From Candidatus Bathyarchaeia archaeon (GTDB taxonomy: Archaea > Thermoproteota > Bathyarchaeia > Bathyarchaeales > Bathycorpusculaceae): 64,000 nt of DNA. Under the pieces are notes generated by a model, which did no database searches, was not told where the DNA came from, and saw only the letters and a list, made by a program, of their open reading frames with translations. How positions within the stretch are numbered: position 1 is the stretch's first letter; every line of letters starts with the position of its first letter. Positions 58,854 to 64,000 of this stretch are shown here, piece by piece. The stretch is from the NCBI GenBank assembly GCA_049512075.1, contig JBEKXL010000001.1, forward strand, positions 192,001 to 256,000, in the 5' to 3' direction. The position numbers were made by a program, and so were the translations under genes.

Positions 58854-61228
58854 CTAAGGTTCGGAATAGTTAATGGCTCATACAGAAATCTCTGCAAATC
58901 ACTTAAAACCTTACGAAGCTTCTCTATTCCACCAAACAGTTTTGCTATCTCAGAAGGTGAACCTTTCTGCGAAATAGGTGGAATCTGCAGAATGTTTGGG
59001 TCTGTAAGTTGAGTGACGCCGTAATCAGTATACTTCTCAAGCAGCATCATGATTATTTCCCTCGCGTTTGGACTGAACGTTTCAAAGTATCTTTTCTTCC
59101 TGTTCCTTACATAGTCAGCTCTTTCTCGGCGAGTTCTCAGCGGAGCATTGAAGGCCACATTCATTAGGAGATCGAAGGGGTCTGCATCAGGCTGCCCCGT
59201 AACATCCGCTAGTTGTTGGAGTGAGATTCCTCTCTTCTCGAGTTCTTCTATGATATGTTCCCTTTCCTCAGTTTTCGTCCATCTGGCCCTGAGCTCATTC
59301 GCCGATGGATAAAGCTCCCTAACTTTGTCTCTGGTATAATCCGTGAATTTCCAGGTCCTGAGCCTGTGGCCGTCAGGATCCAGTTGGTAAACCACTTCGT
59401 GCGCAATTTCAACTGGAACATCATCAACGTAGAGCTTGCGCGGTTCAACCTCTTCTGGCCCAGCTGCTTCAGGCTCTTCTTCAGCAGGTTCTGTATTATC
59501 TTCAATGACTTCTGGCGGCTTAGTCTGATTGCCCTGTGCATCCATTTCTTCTTGTGTCATGAATTCTGGAAAACCGTCGAAATCAGGATCAGTGAACAGC
59601 CGCGTGGCACCCGCATAATCGATTATTGTGAACCAGAGCTTATCTTTGTCCGGAAAGAGTCTCGTTCCTCTGCCTATGATCTGTTTGAACTGGACCATCG
59701 AGTTGATGGGCTTGAACAATACTACGTTTCTGCAAGTGGGCGCATCAACGCCAGTCGTAAGCATTTGAGAAGTCGTTAAGATGACCGGGGTTTTCTTCTC
59801 AGGATCCTGAAAATCGCCAAGGAATTTGCGTCCATACTTCCCTTCGTCAGAAACCACACGTGCCACATAATGAGGATACTTGACCGTTAAATCATTGTTA
59901 GCATTGTTAAGGGCGAGTCTCATGTCTTCGGCATGCTCTTGATCGACACAGAAGACCATCGTTTTCGCGAATCTGTCCGTCTTCTTTAGGTACTCAGTCA
60001 AATGCTTGGCAACTGCTTCAGTTCGCAAGAGCAGAGACACGACCCTTTCAAAATCCTTGGTCTCATACATGCCATAGGGAACTTCGCGACCGAAGCGGTC
60101 CAGTTGACCCTGATTTGGGACCCAGCCTGCAGCATCAACAGATGGGACTACTCGAATCACTCTATAAGGTGCTAAAAAGCCATCTTCAATGCCTTGTTTA
60201 AGAGAGTAGGTGTAGATGGGGTTGCCAAAGTAGCCATACGTGTCTACGTTGTCATCTCGTTTGGGCGTCGCAGTCATGCCTATTTGATAAGCGGCGTTGA
60301 AATATTCCAGTATCCTTCGCCATTTGCTGTCGTCTCTTGCACTCCCTCTGTGACACTCATCCACTACAATGAGATCGAAATAGTCTGGCGAATACTCTTT
60401 GTAGATAGCCGCACCCTGTTCATTTTCGCCTATCGCCTGGTAAAGCCCAAAGTAGATCTCCCTGCTTTTCACAGATCTCTTCTGTATCTTGTGCAGAGCA
60501 TCGCCAAAAGGAAAGAAAGTCCGATCTTTCGCTTGGTCAGCTAGGATATTCATATCCGCCAGATACAACACCTTTTTGATACGGCCAGTCTTCCACAGCT
60601 TCCAAATTATCTGAAAAGCCACGAAAGTCTTACCCGTACCTGTCGCCATACAAATCAAAATGCGCTTTTTACCTTTGACAACAGCCTCAACCGTTCTGTT
60701 GATAGCGATTTCCTGATAATACCGAGGGCTCATAGCCCCTGTGCCGCGGTAGAAAGGAAACAGAAAATCCCGAATGTCCTTTTCTTCAGTCAGTCCAATC
60801 TTCTTCTCAAGTCTAGCCCACAGTTCTTCAGGAGAAGGAAAATCATCCAGAATGTTCTGCTTGCCCGTGGTGTAATCGTGTTCGACAGCGGCATGACCAT
60901 TTGTCGAGTATGCAAACTTGAGTCCCAAGATCTCGGCATAGTCCATAGCCTGCTGCAAACCGTCTCCGGGCTTCTTGAAAGCAGCCTTTGCCTCAATCAC
61001 TGCAATCGTGAAATCCGGCCTGTATCGCAGAATATAGTCAGCCTTCTTTCCCGGCTTTCTGAAATGCTTTTCACCAGTTGTGACGATACGGCCATCAGTG
61101 AAGTATTTTTGCTCGATTATCTGTTCATCAGACCAGCCAGCACTATGTAGTTTAGGAACCACATACTTGCGACAAGTATCAGCCTCAGTCACAGATGCCC
61201 TGCCTCTTACAACTAATCGAAAGTTCAA
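58850..61228 (-). CDS. hsdR: Type I R-M restriction subunit (EcoAI/EcoEI-like)
   Basis: EADTCRK, ADY..IEAK, MATGTGKT, DECH, TATP, QIIGRGTR. Confidence 0.95.
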   Translation of the reverse strand: MNFRLVVRGRASVTEADTCRKYVVPKLHSAGWSDEQIIEQKYFTDGRIVTTGEKHFRKPGKKADYILRYRPDFTIAVIEAKAAFKKPGDGLQQAMDYAEILGLKFAYSTNGHAAVEHDYTTGKQNILDDFPSPEELWARLEKKIGLTEEKDIRDFLFPFYRGTGAMSPRYYQEIAINRTVEAVVKGKKRILICMATGTGKTFVAFQIIWKLWKTGRIKKVLYLADMNILADQAKDRTFFPFGDALHKIQKRSVKSREIYFGLYQAIGENEQGAAIYKEYSPDYFDLIVVDECHRGSARDDSKWRRILEYFNAAYQIGMTATPKRDDNVDTYGYFGNPIYTYSLKQGIEDGFLAPYRVIRVVPSVDAAGWVPNQGQLDRFGREVPYGMYETKDFERVVSLLLRTEAVAKHLTEYLKKTDRFAKTMVFCVDQEHAEDMRLALNNANNDLTVKYPHYVARVVSDEGKYGRKFLGDFQDPEKKTPVILTTSQMLTTGVDAPTCRNVVLFKPINSMVQFKQIIGRGTRLFPDKDKLWFTIIDYAGATRLFTDPDFDGFPEFMTQEEMDAQGNQTKPPEVIEDNTEPAEEEPEAAGPEEVEPRKLYVDDVPVEIAHEVVYQLDPDGHRLRTWKFTDYTRDKVRELYPSANELRARWTKTEEREHIIEELEKRGISLQQLADVTGQPDADPFDLLMNVAFNAPLRTRRERADYVRNRKKRYFETFSPNAREIIMMLLEKYTDYGVTQLTDPNILQIPPISQKGSPSEIAKLFGGIEKLRKVLSDLQRFLYEPLTIPNLR

Positions 61229-61525
61229 GTGTTAAATACTTTTCACATTCATGGAGCCACTGACGCGAATTTGTTACACGATAATCCCGCCGAATGTGCC
61301 TATGCCTGTTGACTGGTGTGTTTATTGTCAACAGCTATCAGAAGAGTGTCGCTTTGTCTGATCCCTATGTAGTCAACGATTTCTTTAGGAATTGTCATTC
61401 TGACAGAGTTACCCCCTCCTCAGTTTCTGTCCAAAGTGCAGAAGGGCAAGAGGTAGACATGAAACTGTTACCTGGACACTGGTGGGTCTCAAAGATTATA
61501 ATAATCCTTAGAGAGACATTATGCT

Positions 61526-62485
61526 ATGAGCTCACATTTGGTTGAGCTACTCATAACCAAAGGTTATGGGTTAGCCGACGAAGACTTTGACGAAATAATA
61601 AGAATGGATAGACTAAAGGACATCAGCCAGAATTTTGCTGAGTCTATTCATAAGATACAAGAGAGTTTTCATTGTAAGGCTAGGATTAGAGTCGTTGAGT
61701 TTGATGAGCTATCCGGAGTTGATTTTGGTTCCAATTCTTCGTACAACACAGCTATTTTCGTAGGGAGGCATATTTTCTATAATTCCATAAGCTCAAACAA
61801 GAATTGCTGCGTCGTTTTTTTCTATGCGGGTGTTGTTGAGAAACTAAAGGCTCTGTTTAAGGATCGTATATTACCTCATGAGTTCGCGCATCATTATCAA
61901 TTCGCCTATGGAGACTTTCCCTGCATGTTAGGAAAGGGAGTTCCAGAGAACCTTTTTCCACAGTTTGCAAAATCAAACCCTATAGGTCCAGAATCAGGCC
62001 AGGTATACATTGACAATTTGTTGGTAAAAGACTGCAGGCTCTCTTTGTTCAAAGACCTTACAGAAAGAATCAGTGACACTATTTGTGAAGGAATGCTACG
62101 TGAGAGGGGGTTTTGCCAAGGCATTCTCGAGCAATATCGCACTGATAGGAACATCGATCCTGGAAGGGGTCTTCCTCCAAGTCAACAGCCTGCAATTCGT
62201 TATTTTAGAAGACTGAGTCTTTGGGATGTCGCTGAATGGCATGCAATATTACGGCTTGTGTATCCAAATGACCAGGCTGTCAAAAGCATGTCATCTCAAG
62301 ATAGGAGATTTGCGATACGTTTAAACAAGGAATTTGATAGGGCCAAAAATGCCTTCAAAGCGGTCTATGATCTATGTCTGAAAACCGACTACAATACATT
62401 CAAAGAAGTAAAGAATTGCATTGATTATATGAAAGAAATCATGCGGTTTCTGAACATAGAATTACGAACAGATCAGATTTGGTAA
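61526..62485 (+). CDS. Hypothetical protein with HExxH (zincin-like) motif
   Basis: LPHEFAHHYQ and a later E in LTERISD. Confidence 0.55.
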   Translation: MSSHLVELLITKGYGLADEDFDEIIRMDRLKDISQNFAESIHKIQESFHCKARIRVVEFDELSGVDFGSNSSYNTAIFVGRHIFYNSISSNKNCCVVFFYAGVVEKLKALFKDRILPHEFAHHYQFAYGDFPCMLGKGVPENLFPQFAKSNPIGPESGQVYIDNLLVKDCRLSLFKDLTERISDTICEGMLRERGFCQGILEQYRTDRNIDPGRGLPPSQQPAIRYFRRLSLWDVAEWHAILRLVYPNDQAVKSMSSQDRRFAIRLNKEFDRAKNAFKAVYDLCLKTDYNTFKEVKNCIDYMKEIMRFLNIELRTDQIW

Positions 62486-62667
62486 AGTAGAGCCGCACTA
62501 TCCGTTTTTCTCTTCGTTGAGCCATTCGGGAACTATGACTGCGCGAATCAATTCCTGAACGGTAGAACAAGCAACTGCAAATAATGGTTAACAGTCTTGT
62601 CCGCGCGCGCTGCTTCGTTTTTTAGTTTCTTCTAATATCTGGACGGATAGTCCTTCCAAACTTGACT

Positions 62668-63213
62668 TCACCTTTTTCCCAGCGTATTTGGCAAAAAGCC
62701 CTCTCTTCTGTTCCATTCAGCTGTTGCCTGTTTGGATGACATTTTTGGCCGCGGTCTGTAATTCATTGCTTCTCCTTTCTGAACGCTGGCTCTGATTTCA
62801 TTGTAGTTTGTCCCCAGATCTTCAATGGTGGCAAATCCGACTTCATTATTCTTGCAAACGAAGGATGCCCTATTGGTAGCCATATCGCTTTTTGCAAGCA
62901 ACAGTCCAAAAGCATTTCCCACGTGACGGACTTTCCTGCAAAAATTAAGTGCTACTTTATTTCCCACAGGAAAGCGTGTATAAACATCGATTGCCATAAA
63001 CTGCTTGTCCTTCACAGGCTGCTCGAAATGTAGGAAAGCGTCAAAACTAAGCCCTTTGGCTAGCGCAAGCGATTCGTCACTTCCAAGCCTCAGAATATCC
63101 TCATCCCATTTTACCAAGCCTGATGGATAGACTTTCATGAGGGCTCCAAGCACACTATATATATAGTGTAAATGTGTCCGGAAAACCATTATTTCAGCCT
63201 TTCTATCGGACAA
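62668..63213 (-). CDS. Hypothetical protein, restriction-endonuclease-like
   Basis: FDAFL..MAIDVY..GLLL topology; weak. Confidence 0.4.
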   Translation of the reverse strand: MSDRKAEIMVFRTHLHYIYSVLGALMKVYPSGLVKWDEDILRLGSDESLALAKGLSFDAFLHFEQPVKDKQFMAIDVYTRFPVGNKVALNFCRKVRHVGNAFGLLLAKSDMATNRASFVCKNNEVGFATIEDLGTNYNEIRASVQKGEAMNYRPRPKMSSKQATAEWNRREGFLPNTLGKR

Positions 63214-63262
63214 AATGAGACAAATCTTCTCTTATTCCTTAGCGCGCTGCCTTGTCCCTTTA

Positions 63263-63790
63263 TTATGTGTTGAAGTATGTTGGGGAGACTGCTTTGTCTG
63301 GTCTTCTGAGGTTTTCTGCTGCTTCTCTGTTCAGAACCAGGCACAGTAGGCTGTAGAGCGCGTAGGAAGCGACGTTTCTCAAGCCTCTGACCTTGTTTAT
63401 GGCTAAGCTGTACTGCGTCTTCAGGAAGCTGTAGACCGCTTCAATGTGAGGCCTCTTATGATACTCATTCTTCTGATCTTCTGGTCCATAGGTCCGAAAC
63501 TTCTTGTCTACCCTTAGAAGGCCTTTAACGTCGTGTTTCTGGTTAACGGGATAAGGAATCACTGCCTCGTCAACAGCACTTCTGAGTTTGCCGTCGCTGT
63601 ACTGGCTGTCAGCTATGACGCTTCTGAGTTTGGATCCAGACTGTCTCAGAATCAGCTTCGTCTTCTCCAGCATGTTCAGCGAGTGTTTCTTCTCGTTCTG
63701 GTTGGCAGAAGCAAAAGCGCAGGTCAACGGGAGCATGGTCTGAGAATCGATGGACAGGGCAATACTTAACCCAGACATCGTGTGCATTGT
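63263..63790 (-). pseudogene. C-terminal fragment of IS4/IS5-superfamily DDE transposase
   Basis: ASANQNE, VIADSQYS, YHKRPHIEAVYSFLK; N-terminus missing. Confidence 0.75.
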
Positions 63791-63905
63791 GTTCGGATCA
63801 TGTCGAACCCCCAAATCCATGAAGCACAAAACTTATACCTTCGCCTAACCTGAAAACAAGCGAGTGCAATCAATTCAAAATTAGCCTCTCTCTAAAAGTG
63901 AACCC

Positions 63906-64000
63906 ATGAGCGAGCGTAAGAAGACAAGAGCGAGGAAAGTAGACGAGGAAGTCCCGCTCCGGGTAAGAAATATAGAAGATGAGCTACCAAAACCTATTGG
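63906..64000 (+). CDS. Hypothetical protein, N-terminal part (runs off window end)
   Basis: AGTGA RBS-like then MSERKKTRARKVDEEVPLRVRNIEDELPKPI open to the end. Confidence 0.4.
   Translation, partial: MSERKKTRARKVDEEVPLRVRNIEDELPKPI

Overview
Archaeal chromosome segment (archaellins, L7Ae/S28e/L24e, intron-containing tRNA-iMet, deoxyhypusine synthases). The gene repertoire suggests a TACK archaeon, probably Bathyarchaeia; this is inferred, not tested. About 1-12.5 kb and 18.4-42.7 kb are mostly housekeeping or metabolic genes. Three signals stand out. (1) 12565-18383 is a fully delimited 5.8-kb IS6-type unit transposon. It has 24-bp terminal inverted repeats (23/24 identical), a perfect 8-bp target duplication (GGTATTCC), a second sub-terminal repeat at each end, and a central SWIM/Zn-ribbon/DDE transposase (split here). 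Cargo lies on both sides: a proteasome-beta-like Ntn hydrolase, a three-gene PIN operon, an AbrB-like regulator with paired operators, and strongly folded non-coding segments. (2) From about 43.2 kb to the end is a decaying defence island (HEPN-like, HNH, PIN-GNAT plus ASCH, PLD-like, PD-(D/E)XK, CHAT, type I R-M). It is punctuated by co-oriented tRNA T-arm-like repeats and two copies of a tRNA-like folded unit. (3) (GC)4-5 tracts are strongly over-represented and sit at several gene-truncation junctions. Other oddities: ArgRS with TIGT in place of HIGH, tail-to-tail DHS paralogues, and a promoter-backed structured ncRNA candidate at about 7.2 kb. All protein calls come from motif recognition by eye; no searches were run. 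Several homopolymer frameshifts could be sequencing errors.
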